A stretch of 63,979 nt of DNA, filler included, from Stramenopiles sp. TOSAG23-2 (GCA_900128395.1; 7 parts of 7 records of this genome joined end to end with filler, not necessarily neighbours in it), one strand, 5' to 3'; positions 22,601 to 33,704 are shown, counted from the first letter of the whole stretch. Notes: generated by a model from the sequence alone, not told the origin. Numbers and translations are program-made.

Positions 22601-25600
22601 GGGTGCATGGTGTCAACGTGCACATGCAACAAAAGCTAAATATAAGAAAGGCTCTGTTGTGAAATGTATGATCCTAGATGTAGATATGAAAAATGTAAGT
22701 CAATACACACACACATACACACACACACACACGCATATATATATATAGATACATAAATATATATATATATAGATACATAAATGTCAAAAAGAGAAAAGAA
22801 AAAAGCTGAAAAAATGACGACGAAAACACTATTTCCAAGAGCACTGGGATATGATTTATTATATGATTTTAAACATTGTCACTACTTCTGATTTTCAAGC
22901 ATCTATTTTTTTTAATGTTGGCAATACATACAGTTACTCCCTCAAAAATACTAAATTTTTCATGATATACAATTGCTTTTTACTAACATAAACTTATTAT
23001 TTATTATTGTAGAATATATTACATGTGACACTTGATTCAAAATCAATTACCGTGAGGAATAAAAAAACAACAAAACGATTTAAATTAGATCAAGAATTAG
23101 ATGCAACAGTATTATTAGTCAAAGAGAAATATTATGTTGTTGAATTGCCAAATAGTGCCCACAAGAATACCATTGGCTTTCTTGCAAAAGAAACTTATAA
23201 TGGAAATTACATAGCTGGCGATGAATTGGAACAAGGTGATAGTGTTGAAGTTAATGTATCAGTTACTGCTCGAGCAAATAATAAGCAATATCCTGGTCGT
23301 ACTACTTTATTGGTATTTCCTAGCGACGTAAATGAAAAAAGTGATGATGGCAACAGCAACAGTAAAAAATTGAAAAAAAAGAAGGAAATTGTACATAGAG
23401 GTGCCTTGCTTGATTGCGTTGTAAGAGACATAAAGAAAGATGCGATTGATGTAGAAATGAAGATTATTGAATCTGAACAAAAACGATTTAAAGCATCTAT
23501 TTTTTTAACAGACATTGTTGATTTAAATGATACTACTTCTGGAAACGAAAATGTTTTAATTAAAATGCGGTCATTTGAAGTTGGGTCCGAGATCCAAGCA
23601 AGGTGCTTATGGACAAATAGCGATAAATCAAAGGAAAATAAAACAGCCGTAAATGATGACGATGATGCAAAAGAGATTGTTGCACAACTAAGTTTAAGGG
23701 ATTCTGAAGTAAGTTCAGCAACTTCTGAAATAGAGAAACGCTTATCATGGAGAGATGCTGAAAATCTTGAGCATGTGAAAGATCTTTATGGTGTCGTCTT
23801 GGATATTGTTAAAGATGGTGCATGGATTGCAATTTCACCTATTTTAAAAGGTTTTGTTTATTGCACGAATTGTTCGTATGATGATGACATTGAAACACTA
23901 AATGAAGATGGTGTAAAAGGTGTTTTGCAAGTTGGGCAAATTGTTCCTGCGTGTGTTTTAAATGTAGATGAAGCAAACCATTCGCTAGAACTTAGTCTTC
24001 GCAAGATTGATATTGAAAATCCAGGTAAAATTGGAGGATATAAACGTAGAGTTGGGGATATCTTAATTGGTAGAACAATTTCAATTAAAAAAGGAGGGAA
24101 AGTTAAAGTGAATCAACCACCTGCAATCAATATCCAAGTTTCAAAAGGTGCCTATGGACGTGTATGTATTACACATCTAAAAGACAAACAGAACTGGGTT
24201 GATGTGCCATTTGGAAGAAAAAGTGGGAAAAAGGAAAAATTAGGAATGAGTAGCCTCTTGCCGGGAAAGTTTGTACGATCAGTTGTCGTGAAGAACGAGA
24301 ATGACCATTTAGATTTATCCATGCGAGGAACTATTCTTGCATTAGCAGCAAAGAAAACATATTCTACAGACACTAAATGGTTAACAAGTATGCTTACGGA
24401 AGATGATTCAATTGCAAATTTTGAAGCTGGGAACGTAGTCAAAGGTTACGTTGTTGAGACTGTCAAAGTTGGCTGCTTCATACGCCTTTCACCATCCGTG
24501 ATTGCGCGTGTTATGATAACAAATTTATCCGATTCATTTATTAAACATACTGATAAAGTCTTTTATCCAACAAAATTGGTAACAGGTAAAATTCTGACTA
24601 TCGATAGCAATACTGGTAGAGTCGAATTGTCCTTGAAAAATTCTGTCGTAAAAGAAGTTAAGAACAAAAGCTTAAATGATAGTATGGTTAATTTCAAAAA
24701 CGTGGAAGTTGGACAAGTTTTAGAAGGAACTGTTAGTAAAGTCGAATCATATGGAGTATTTATAAAGTTATTAAAAAGTGGAAATCCTGGTATAAGTGGC
24801 ATGTGTCATATATCAGAAGCAACTGATAAATATGTTAAAAACTTAAGCAAATTATTTAAAGCTGGGGATTTAGTTAAAACCAAAGTGATCAAAATTGATC
24901 GTAAGGAGAAAAAAATCTCATTAAGTTTGAAAGCATCAAACTTTAAAGATAGCAATGGAAATAAAAAAAAGAAAGATTTAAATAAAACGTTTGATAGTAG
25001 TAGTGATGAAGACAGTGGCAGTGATGATGGTGATGAAGATGTCGAAATGAATGGTAGTGGTTCAACAAAAGTAGGAAAAGTGAAATTATTAGGCGGTAGT
25101 AGTTCGTCGGAAGAAGATTCTGACGAGGATTCAGATGATGAAGCAGAACAATCTAAAAAAACTGTTGTGTCAAACAAGAGAATAGGTTCCGCAGACTATA
25201 TCTCTTCATCTAGTGATGAAGAAGAAGAATCCTCTTCTAGTGAGGACGACGAGGATGACAGCGATGATGATGACAGTACTGAAAAATCTAAGCCTATGTT
25301 TTCGTTTAAAGGCTTCGATCGCTTTACTAAAGCTGCTGACGATGACAGTGATAGTAGTAGTGATTCGGATGAAGATAGTTCTGATTCTGATGATGAGATG
25401 AATGGTGGCAAGAAGAAAAAATCAAGATCTCGTTCATCAAGGAAGAAAGCACGTGAAAGGCGTAGAGAAGAAGCTGCAATCGTTGCTGAAGAGGAAGCCT
25501 TGTTGCAAGGTAATTCTGTACCAACTTCTGTTAATGATTTTGAAAGAATGATTCTCTCATCACCAAATAGCTCGTTTGTCTGGATTAAATATATGGCATT

Positions 25601-26360
25601 CCAACTTTCTATGACTGAAATTGATTTAGCAAGAGCAATTGCAGAACGTGCACTAAAGCAAATTAATTATCGTGAAATAGAAGAAAAGTTAAATGTATGG
25701 ATGGCATATTTAAATTTAGAATATAAATATGGCAATGATAAAACATTTGAAGATTTGTTCAAAAGGGCCCTTGAGGTGAATGATGCTATCGTTATTCATC
25801 TCCGTATGGCAAATATATTTTATGAAGCAAACGACGAAGAAAAGGCAAATGAAATATATAAGCGAGCCATTAAAAAATATGGAAGCAAATCTGTTGCAAT
25901 TTGGACTGATTATGGTTTGTTTGCAATTAAGACTAATAGTAGACACGTACCATATAAAAATGTCCTTTCCCAAGCATTACAACGACTTCCATCGCGTGAA
26001 AGTGTTGCCTTAATTTCAAAATTCGCAATCATGGAGTTTAAATATGGAACACCTGAAAGAGGAAGGACTATATTTGAGGAAATATTAGCAAATTACCCAA
26101 AACGAGTTGATATCTGGAACATGTATCTTGATCAAGAAACCTCTATTTTCGCACAAAATTTTGACAGCATGTCACCAGCAGAGAAGAAAAAAGTAAATCG
26201 TGTCCAAAGATTGTTTAATCGTGTCATATCATTGAAATTTTCAAGTAAAAAAATGAAGTTTTTCTTCAAAAAATATTTACAATTTGAACAAAATCATGGA
26301 ACAAGTAATGGTGAGGAGCAAGTTAAAAAATTAGCAAGAGAATGGGTACAGTCTCAATAA
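19692..26360 (+). CDS. RRP5: rRNA biogenesis protein RRP5 (S1 repeats plus C-terminal HAT/TPR), two exons 19692-22694 and 23013-26360, ~2116 aa
   Basis: Many S1 domains, then PNSSFVWIKYMAF / EKLNVWMAYLNLE / PERGRTIFE / YPKRVDIW. The two ORF-track halves join in phase 0 across a GTAAGT...TACTAAC...TAG intron. Confidence 0.95.
22695..23012 (+). other. 318-nt U2-type spliceosomal intron of RRP5
   Basis: Donor GTAAGT at 22695, branch TACTAAC at 22981, acceptor TAG at 23010-23012. Splicing gives ...DVDMKN|NILHVTLD in frame. Confidence 0.92.
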
Positions 26361-26484
26361 AATATTTTTTCAAAAAAGTAAATTATCAAAAAATATATTT
26401 TTTATGCCATCATACTCGTATATTTTTTTATCCCTAATCGGGTCCATTATCCATAAAAGAAGAATCACAGAAAGTAGTCGGAAC

Positions 26485-26520
26485 ACACACGACGCTCAGT
26501 ACTTTCTGAGCGTCGTGTGT
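26485..26520. terminator. Perfect 15-bp GC-rich hairpin between convergent genes (putative 3'-end element)
   Basis: ACACACGACGCTCAG-tacttt-CTGAGCGTCGTGTGT. The structure is seen directly; the function is inferred. Confidence 0.45.
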
Positions 26521-26583
26521 TCCTTCAATCCTTTTTCTTGCAAACAACTCTTTCATTCTGGACGTCTTCCTCTGATTGTATTG

Positions 26584-27381
26584 TTAATCATTTAAATCAC
26601 CATTACCTTCTCCTACGCTTCTACCATTTTCATCATAATAGTTTGCTTTTCCACCTTTTAAACGTAAAAGTGCAATGATCTCTTGGCGAATTGGACTATC
26701 ATTACAATATGCATGGTCCAGGTTAGTGTATCCCAACCTGTTCTTCTTATTAATATTATCAAGAGACATATGAGTTAGTAACAATTGAATCAACTCAGTA
26801 TTTGTTCTGTTAAAACCTGCTGCAAAATGTAATGCATTCCATCCATAACTATCTGCAATATTAGGATCAGCTTCACCTTGCTCAATTAAATATTCAACTA
26901 CTTGGAAATGTTCGTTCCTTGCAGCTAACATTAAAGGTGTACGTTTATAACCACTACTGTCTTTACCGACTTGATTCACCATTTCTTTCACTGTCATATT
27001 ACCTTCTTTCACACCGTTCATTTCAATATATTTATGAAAATGATGTAAATTTACAAATGATAACACATCATTCATACGACCTTCTTCACATGCACATATC
27101 AATCCTATTCTCCCTTGAAACTCATTTCCATACCTTCGATATAGCTCATACAACTGTTTTGGTTTACTTATCGCTTCACTTACACACTCATTAAAACTTG
27201 CATGTCCTAAATTTTTCACTAAACAAGACTCACTCATTTTTAAAATAGATTTAACTTTTAAAAATTTTAAAATATTTTTAAACAAACCTGGTATACCACA
27301 TACATCGTATATGTTTTTAATTTCATCATCGTCGTCTTCATCCTTCACCTCCTTCCGTTGTTTTGTATTTCTTGACGCCAT
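26584..27381 (-). CDS. Ankyrin-repeat protein with possible F-box-like N-terminus
   Basis: KRTPLMLAARNEHFQVVEYLIEQGEADPN and YGWNALHFAA. The N-terminal IPGLFKNILKFLKVKSILKMSESC resembles an F-box. Confidence 0.85.
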   Translation of the reverse strand: MASRNTKQRKEVKDEDDDDEIKNIYDVCGIPGLFKNILKFLKVKSILKMSESCLVKNLGHASFNECVSEAISKPKQLYELYRRYGNEFQGRIGLICACEEGRMNDVLSFVNLHHFHKYIEMNGVKEGNMTVKEMVNQVGKDSSGYKRTPLMLAARNEHFQVVEYLIEQGEADPNIADSYGWNALHFAAGFNRTNTELIQLLLTHMSLDNINKKNRLGYTNLDHAYCNDSPIRQEIIALLRLKGGKANYYDENGRSVGEGNGDLND

Positions 27382-27598
27382 CTTGTATATATATATATAT
27401 ATATCTTGTGTTATCTACAGTTCAACATTATTCTATTTCATATATATATTCTTAGTTCAAATTCAAAGGAACGACTATAAATACCACTTTTATGGATAAT
27501 AATAATGGAACCGATTATAGGAGGATATCATATTAGCACATTATATCATAACTTTTTTTCAGAATATCATTAATATAAAAGTCAATTTATTCAAATAT

Positions 27599-27698
27599 NN
27601 NNNNNNNNNNNNNNNNNNNNNNNNNNNNNNNNNNNNNNNNNNTTAATTAATTAANNNNNNNNNNNNNNNNNNNNNNNNNNNNNNNNNNNNNNNNNNNN
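27599..27698. other. Artificial contig linker
   Basis: N-TTAATTAATTAA-N spacer. Confidence 0.98.
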
Positions 27699-28014
27699 AG
27701 TACTTAAAATTATAGTATGGAGATTTTTTGTTATTTTCTATAGTAATGATAATTGTCCCTATGAAGTTTTTTTAATATATGGAAATAGCATTATAAAAAT
27801 AGCATGGACAGACGCCTTTCAACATTTTACACTTGAAAAGTGTGTTTTTCTGCCATGTTTTCTGTTTTTCATTTCCTATCATATTTATACTTAATATAGT
27901 CCTTTTCATATACTCAGTAGATTTGTAGTGTTTGATATATTTGATAGGCTATATCAGGTGTTTTTTGTACTTGAGAGATTAGAATTAGGAAATATAATTA
28001 ATGAAATTAATAAA

Positions 28015-28263
28015 TTAATCAAATTCCAATGGTTTTAAAAAGCTTTCACTCAAAACGTCAGGTTCCTCAGTACTATTAAACTCTAAACTGCCATTTAATG
28101 CGTTATCATAAGTAATAGGTGGCGGTGGCGGCGGAGGTGGAACTTGTGACTGATGATATTGCTGACTTTGTTGAGATTGTTGTTGGTTGTAAAATTGTGG
28201 TTGCTGTTGTTGTGGATATTGTTGATAGCCAAACTGTTGTTGTTGCTGCTGTAAGCCACACAT
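28015..28263 (-). pseudogene. Gln/Pro-rich coding remnant (3' end of a degenerate or spliced gene)
   Basis: QQQQQQFGYQQYPQQQQPQ...PPPPPPPP followed by an acidic tail. There is no ATG start, and upstream frames contain stops. Confidence 0.4.
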
Positions 28264-28970
28264 GCCACAGTAAATACTACGAGTCCCGTGTATTGAAATA
28301 TGTACGAAGTACGTCGTACTTCGTAAGTAATACTACATAACACACACCACACAATTTCAATCTACCAAACCTGTATTCATTGATTTGACAAAATTGTTTA
28401 ACAAGGTTGGGTCTTTTGATTTATGGGGAGACTGAAACAGTTTGCGTTGCAACTACTAAATCATCATATCCACCATGGCCGTAAATTTATAGAAGAGGGA
28501 TATAAAATATAAAAAGTACAAAAATATACGATAAAAAAGAGTATAATTAAAATATTAAATGTGTCACGGTTTGGTACATCGTGTCATATTTTCTTTTTCG
28601 AGATATGCTCTCTCTCTTGCCAGCTTGCTGCTCCGATTTTTAAACAAAACTCTTTTCCTTTTGTGTGTCTTTTTTCAATTTTTATATGTATTTGAAGTAG
28701 AAATTTTTCATCTTTTTTGTGTATTTGGTAAAAAATCATCGTGTGAACGAATGATAGTTTAACACTGCACTGCTTTTGCACATGAAAATGATTTCACTAA
28801 TAATTTCTCTCTGTTACTTTTTGATGGGCTGCAAACATCAAGTTGGTTTGTTCATAATGTTCGAAACGAAAAAATTTGCAAAATGAATTTAATATTTGCA
28901 TTCGCAAATCAAAACACATTCTCAACGGGAAATCCTGATCAGCCCACCAGTTGATGCGTTTAGTGACGCA

Positions 28971-29216
28971 TCATGGAGTTGGCGCCGCACAAGGAATTGC
29001 GCAGATGGTAAACGCCACCTGAACTTCGCATTCCATCACGCAAAGCAGATATGCTGGCCCTGATATGGTACATCCTGCTATGCACGACGCAGAAGCTGCG
29101 GTTATGCAGGCAGCACAAGCAATGGGCCCGGCTTCGGCATGTTCGCAACACAAAATGCCGAGCAACAACATGATAACCATCATGGTAAATAATTGTTTTC
29201 TACAAAACGATTTCAT
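28971..29216 (-). CDS. Small secreted Cys/Ala-rich peptide (mature GPIAC...CAAPTP)
   Basis: Signal peptide ending AEA|GP, 8 Cys in a 52-aa mature part, elevated GC, and a long A-rich leader upstream of the ATG. Confidence 0.75.
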   Translation of the reverse strand: MKSFCRKQLFTMMVIMLLLGILCCEHAEAGPIACAACITAASASCIAGCTISGPAYLLCVMECEVQVAFTICAIPCAAPTP

Positions 29217-29515
29217 ATTTTATTTTTTTTTAACTGTTTTTGTTTTTTATATATAAACTTTGTTGCTCTTTTGTTTTTTTTGTCTTTTGTTTTTTTTTGT
29301 TTTTTGTTTTTTGTTTTTTTGTTTTATTTATTTTCTATTATACGTGTGTTTCTATTTACGAATGTTTTTTATGTTATTTTTTTTGTCAAGGTATATGTTC
29401 ATGCTATTAAGCTCTGTAAAAATAAAAAGCCACAAGCCACAGTAGCACAGTACGTAGTAATAATAAAATTGAAAAAAAGTAGAGCATAATTAGAAGTGAG
29501 GGTCAAAAAAATGAT

Positions 29516-29875
29516 GATATTTTTGAGATTAAATTTTCACATCAATATCGCGTTCCTAATGCTATTGCCTAGGTAGAGGATGCGAGATGCGAATTTTGCC
29601 ATCCGAACAACTTCATATAGGAGATATCATGGGTTTATGTACAATATACTCTTACACTAAAGTTATTATTGTAGATTTAGATTCCTCGCTAATCGCTTAG
29701 TATACTGTTGTAGCGGATTCGGATCCTTCTTTAGTGTAAGAGTATATTGTACATAAACCCATGATCTCTCCTATATGAAGTTGTTCGGATGGCAAAATTC
29801 GCATCTCGCATCCTTTACCAAGGCAATAGCATTAGGAACGCGATATTGATGTGTAAATTTAATCTCAAAAATATC
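29516..29875. repeat. Large inverted repeat: 147-bp arms (29516-29662 and 29729-29875), 66-bp spacer, 4 mismatches
   Basis: Direct base-by-base comparison of the arms. A weaker outer extension pairs AAGTGAGGGTCAAAAAAATGAT with ATCATTTTTGTGACCTACACTT. Confidence 0.97.
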
Positions 29876-30102
29876 CAAAGTATGGAATCATTTTTGTGAC
29901 CTACACTTTATACACATATAAATAACATTATTACTAATTGAGCCAAAATTACAAATAAAATATGCACATAAAAATTACCATAATACAAATAACAAATATA
30001 TAATAGATAATATTTAGTTGCAAAAAAGAAGAAGAAAAAAGAAAGAAGAAAAGAAAGAAATCTATATTGAAATGCATATAATCATTAACAAAACAAAACA
30101 AA

Positions 30103-32853
30103 ATGAATAAAAATCTTATAATTCTTATCACAATCATTGGTGTTATATGCCAATTTGGAGGCGAAGAAGTAAACGCTTTCAGTGTTACACGCAAAAATGT
30201 AACTCTAAAATTACGCGCCGTTGAAAGAACTCCGCTAGCACCAGTAAGTGATGTTGCATGCAACATCAGTGACCATGGAAAAGCCAAAGCGTTGGTCACT
30301 GTTAAACACAAAGCGTTATCGCCAGATATCTGTAGCGATATTGTCCTATCGAAGGGGAACGCAGTGCCTGGGTGTTGGAGCTATGTTGGATTGAGCGCTG
30401 AGCAATATTTGTATTGGAATTCTATTATGGGTATAAATGACCCTGATGTTGGCATAGTGGTTGATAGTATCAGTTTTGAATTCCTTCATCAATACTTAAC
30501 TTTTATGAAGGTCTGCATAGTTGGAGTTCTTCAAATATTTGTTGAACTGGCGTATCTTTTATATACAAGTTTCAAAATGCTCTGCATTATAGCTGGTTTG
30601 CATTACCTTGCAGAATTTTCGTTAAAGAAAAGGGAAAATAAAAATTTAAAGTCGTTGGTAAGATCTGTCGGAGTAAATACAATGACATGTGAAATGGTAC
30701 AGATTCATGACATTGAATCTCTATGTGCAAGCGACCAAACAATCACTAACGAAGAAAAAATGGGTTTCTTTGAAAAAGCAGCAAATGAAATGCCTAGATC
30801 TGTGAGGCACGACTTGGAATTAAATCCACAATTCGCACAATGTGTTGACAGCCATGGTTGGAGTGCATTGCATTATTGTGCAGCGTTCAATAATAAGCGC
30901 AATTTGGATACAATGAAAGTATTACTGGAATATATACCACCGGAGGAGATTAATCGTAAGACTACTGCAATATTGAGTCATGGTGAAACAGCAGTAGATG
31001 TAGCCTATCGGCTCAACAAGAGTAATATGCGTAATTCTATTATTAAATTATTACGTTGGAAAGGCGGGAAAGCAAATTGGCGCGATGAAAAGGGCAATAA
31101 TGTTGGTTTGTTTGGCACAGGTGAGCTTGGAAAATCCATGAAAACGGAACGCGGAAAATACGAGAATGAACATGGTTTGCAGATTTTTATACGAAGAGGG
31201 TCTGGAAAATCAAAGAGGATTGATGCAGCACCCACCGATATGGTACGCGATATAAAGGCTAAATATACTGCCGCAACAGATGCGCTTGGTAAACCAATAT
31301 TTCCAGTAACGGCCCAAAATGTGGAAGATAACACTGATAAATATACTGGTACTAATGATGGTAGTACGTCAATATTAACGGCAAAAACCGTAACTGTGGA
31401 AGACAATAAGGCGTGTTCAACTCCATCAGTTTCAGCCGTACCAATATCCGCAATCCGGTTATCATACAACGGCAAAGAATTGGATGATAATCGCACACTT
31501 AGTGATTACAACATCCAAAATTATTCAACACTGGAAGCAAGTTTTGGTGGTTTGAATGGTGGTATGAGCGTAACAAGAGCAGCATCAACAACTGTTGGTG
31601 CACTTTGTAGTAGTATTACTACGTTCTTGGAAGTAAATGCAAATTTTCTCTGGTCAAGTGCACCTAGTGTCCTTGCGTTCGTGGCCTCACCAGCAGGAAT
31701 GGTGATTATCCTGGCCCTTGTAACAGGTTCATGGTCTGGTTACATAATAGGAGTGCACCTTGATAACCTCATAGGTTACAACTGCCCATTGTTGATAAAG
31801 GTATTTATTGGTATATTAGGTGGTTTGATATGTGGCTTATCGAGCTCAATCATTTACGCCAATTACTTTTTCGGCATGGTGGTAGAAGCTACAAAATGGG
31901 GCGCTCTGAAATTTTGGTTTCATGCCATTTTCATCTATACAAGAAACAAGACTAACCAGGAGCCAGGCTCAGCCCCAAACAAGGCTTTAACTAAAGTTAC
32001 TGAAGCAGAAGTTGAGGGAATACTCCAGGATACATTTGTTGCGCAGGAAGGCGCCAAGAAGAAATTACGAGAAATTATAGCAGCTCCTTTTTTGGATAAA
32101 CTCCGGGGAAGTGGTACAGGAGGGTGTAAAACGTTCAAGCACTATGTCTTCCAAGGACCGCCAGGTACTGGAAAGACATCATTTGCTAAATTTCTTTGTG
32201 AAATTTTGTGGTCATTTGACTGCTTGGAATCCAACAGATTTCGGATAGTCAACCGAGAGAACCTAGTGGGAACACACGTTGGACATACAGAGGATATTAC
32301 AGGAAAAGTCCTTGACAGCGTTAGAGGTGGGGCACTTATAGTCGATGAAGCCCATAAACTGACCGATGTTGGTGGAATGGGAATTGATTTTGGCAGAATT
32401 GCACTAAGTGTCTTAATGAACGCCATGACACTGAATCAGTGCACAATAATTTTGGTAGGATATACTACTGAAATGCAGCGTTTGCTAAACGCTGATGATG
32501 GGTTGAAGCGCCGCATTAACAACATCATCACGTTTATCAATTACTCAGTTGAAGAACTTGTTGAAATTTTCCTCGTGAAAATCAAAACAATGAGAATCAA
32601 TGGTCATAGTTATAATCTTGGTTTCAACTCTCACGTGTTGAATCGCCATATTGAAAAAACTAGCGAAGTAGTACGTAACCTTTTCAATGGAGGTTTAGCA
32701 ACCAAAGTTTTGAAAAATGCTGTTTCAAAACTAAACATACGACTGAAAGAGGAGTTTAGTGACTCCATGCCCAGTCGTGAACAATTGCACACTATCACAG
32801 AAGATGATATTGGTGCTGCGTTCCAAGATCTTCGCACTCAGTATGAAAGGTAG
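30103..32853 (+). CDS. Multidomain protein: signal peptide, TM, ankyrin, ubiquitin-like (ending LNGG), multi-TM, SpoVK/CbxX(CfxQ)-type AAA+ ATPase
   Basis: GWSALHYCAA/GETAVDVA ankyrin; LQIFIRR...RLSYNGKELDDNRTLSDYNIQ...LNGG ubiquitin-like; [46 protein letters not shown] and YSVEELVEIF AAA motifs. Confidence 0.88.
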   Translation: MNKNLIILITIIGVICQFGGEEVNAFSVTRKNVTLKLRAVERTPLAPVSDVACNISDHGKAKALVTVKHKALSPDICSDIVLSKGNAVPGCWSYVGLSAEQYLYWNSIMGINDPDVGIVVDSISFEFLHQYLTFMKVCIVGVLQIFVELAYLLYTSFKMLCIIAGLHYLAEFSLKKRENKNLKSLVRSVGVNTMTCEMVQIHDIESLCASDQTITNEEKMGFFEKAANEMPRSVRHDLELNPQFAQCVDSHGWSALHYCAAFNNKRNLDTMKVLLEYIPPEEINRKTTAILSHGETAVDVAYRLNKSNMRNSIIKLLRWKGGKANWRDEKGNNVGLFGTGELGKSMKTERGKYENEHGLQIFIRRGSGKSKRIDAAPTDMVRDIKAKYTAATDALGKPIFPVTAQNVEDNTDKYTGTNDGSTSILTAKTVTVEDNKACSTPSVSAVPISAIRLSYNGKELDDNRTLSDYNIQNYSTLEASFGGLNGGMSVTRAASTTVGALCSSITTFLEVNANFLWSSAPSVLAFVASPAGMVIILALVTGSWSGYIIGVHLDNLIGYNCPLLIKVFIGILGGLICGLSSSIIYANYFFGMVVEATKWGALKFWFHAIFIYTRNKTNQEPGSAPNKALTKVTEAEVEGILQDTFVAQEGAKKKLREIIAAPFLDKLRGSGTGGCKTFKHYVFQGPPGTGKTSFAKFLCEILWSFDCLESNRFRIVNRENLVGTHVGHTEDITGKVLDSVRGGALIVDEAHKLTDVGGMGIDFGRIALSVLMNAMTLNQCTIILVGYTTEMQRLLNADDGLKRRINNIITFINYSVEELVEIFLVKIKTMRINGHSYNLGFNSHVLNRHIEKTSEVVRNLFNGGLATKVLKNAVSKLNIRLKEEFSDSMPSREQLHTITEDDIGAAFQDLRTQYER

Positions 32854-33182
32854 TGACGATGATTGCTTGATTTACCAAGAAATTTTACGGAACATGCAGT
32901 TATATTACGCAAACTATAACGCGGTTGCGAAAATGGAAGTTGAGCGCAACGAATATGTAAAATTATAAATTTTACACAAGACACCAAGCCTAATAATATC
33001 ATATATGTCAATTATCCCTGTGTCCAAATGACAATTGAATTATATATGGTTCCTGAAGTTACAAGTGAAATAATTTCATCACTATGATGAGTTCTACTGA
33101 AACCGATATGCGCAATAAATAAAATATTCCTACTTCAATTTTTTACAAAGAATATATATATTCGGTATAAAAATATTAAAAA

Positions 33183-33484
33183 AACACAAAAAATATAGAA
33201 AAAGTGTTGCAAAAAAAGCGCGTGTGTATTATATGTGTTTTTCTCTTACTCATATGTTATATAGAATTCTTTTACTCCCGTTTATTAACCTCTCAAATCA
33301 AAAATGATTTATAAATTTTAGTAAAAATTATTTAACACAAAAAATATAGAAAAAGTGTTGCAAAAAAAGCGCGTGTGTATTATATGTGTTTTTCTCTTAC
33401 TCATATGTTATATAGAATTCTTTTACTCCCGTTTATTAACCTCTCAAATCAAAAATGATTTATAAATTTTAGTAAAAATTATTT
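33183..33484. repeat. Perfect tandem duplication, 151-bp unit x2
   Basis: GTGTTGCAAAAAAAGCGCGTG occurs at 33204 and 33355. Confidence 0.9.
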
Positions 33485-33704
33485 GTGTATTATATATAAT
33501 ATTATATTTTAAAAAATAAATTTTTTACGAAGTACCTAGAAAAATAGTGTAACACAAATAAAATATTACACGTACATCAGTACATCATACAAACTTTCAA
33601 AAATATTATTTTTAATATGATCATAATATAATTTTGAAATTATTTAATCATATATTATTCTCCATAAATTTTTAAATCCTCTGTATTTCTTTTTTCTTTT
33701 TTTT

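Noticed and set aside
28930..28973. Helitron 3' end (hairpin followed by CTGA|T on the minus strand)
   Set aside because: The motif is too short to be significant, and no matching 5' end or Rep/helicase gene is identifiable.
29465..29472. AAAATTGA Mimiviridae early promoter motif
   Set aside because: It is expected by chance at this AT content and lies ~630 bp from the next same-strand ATG.
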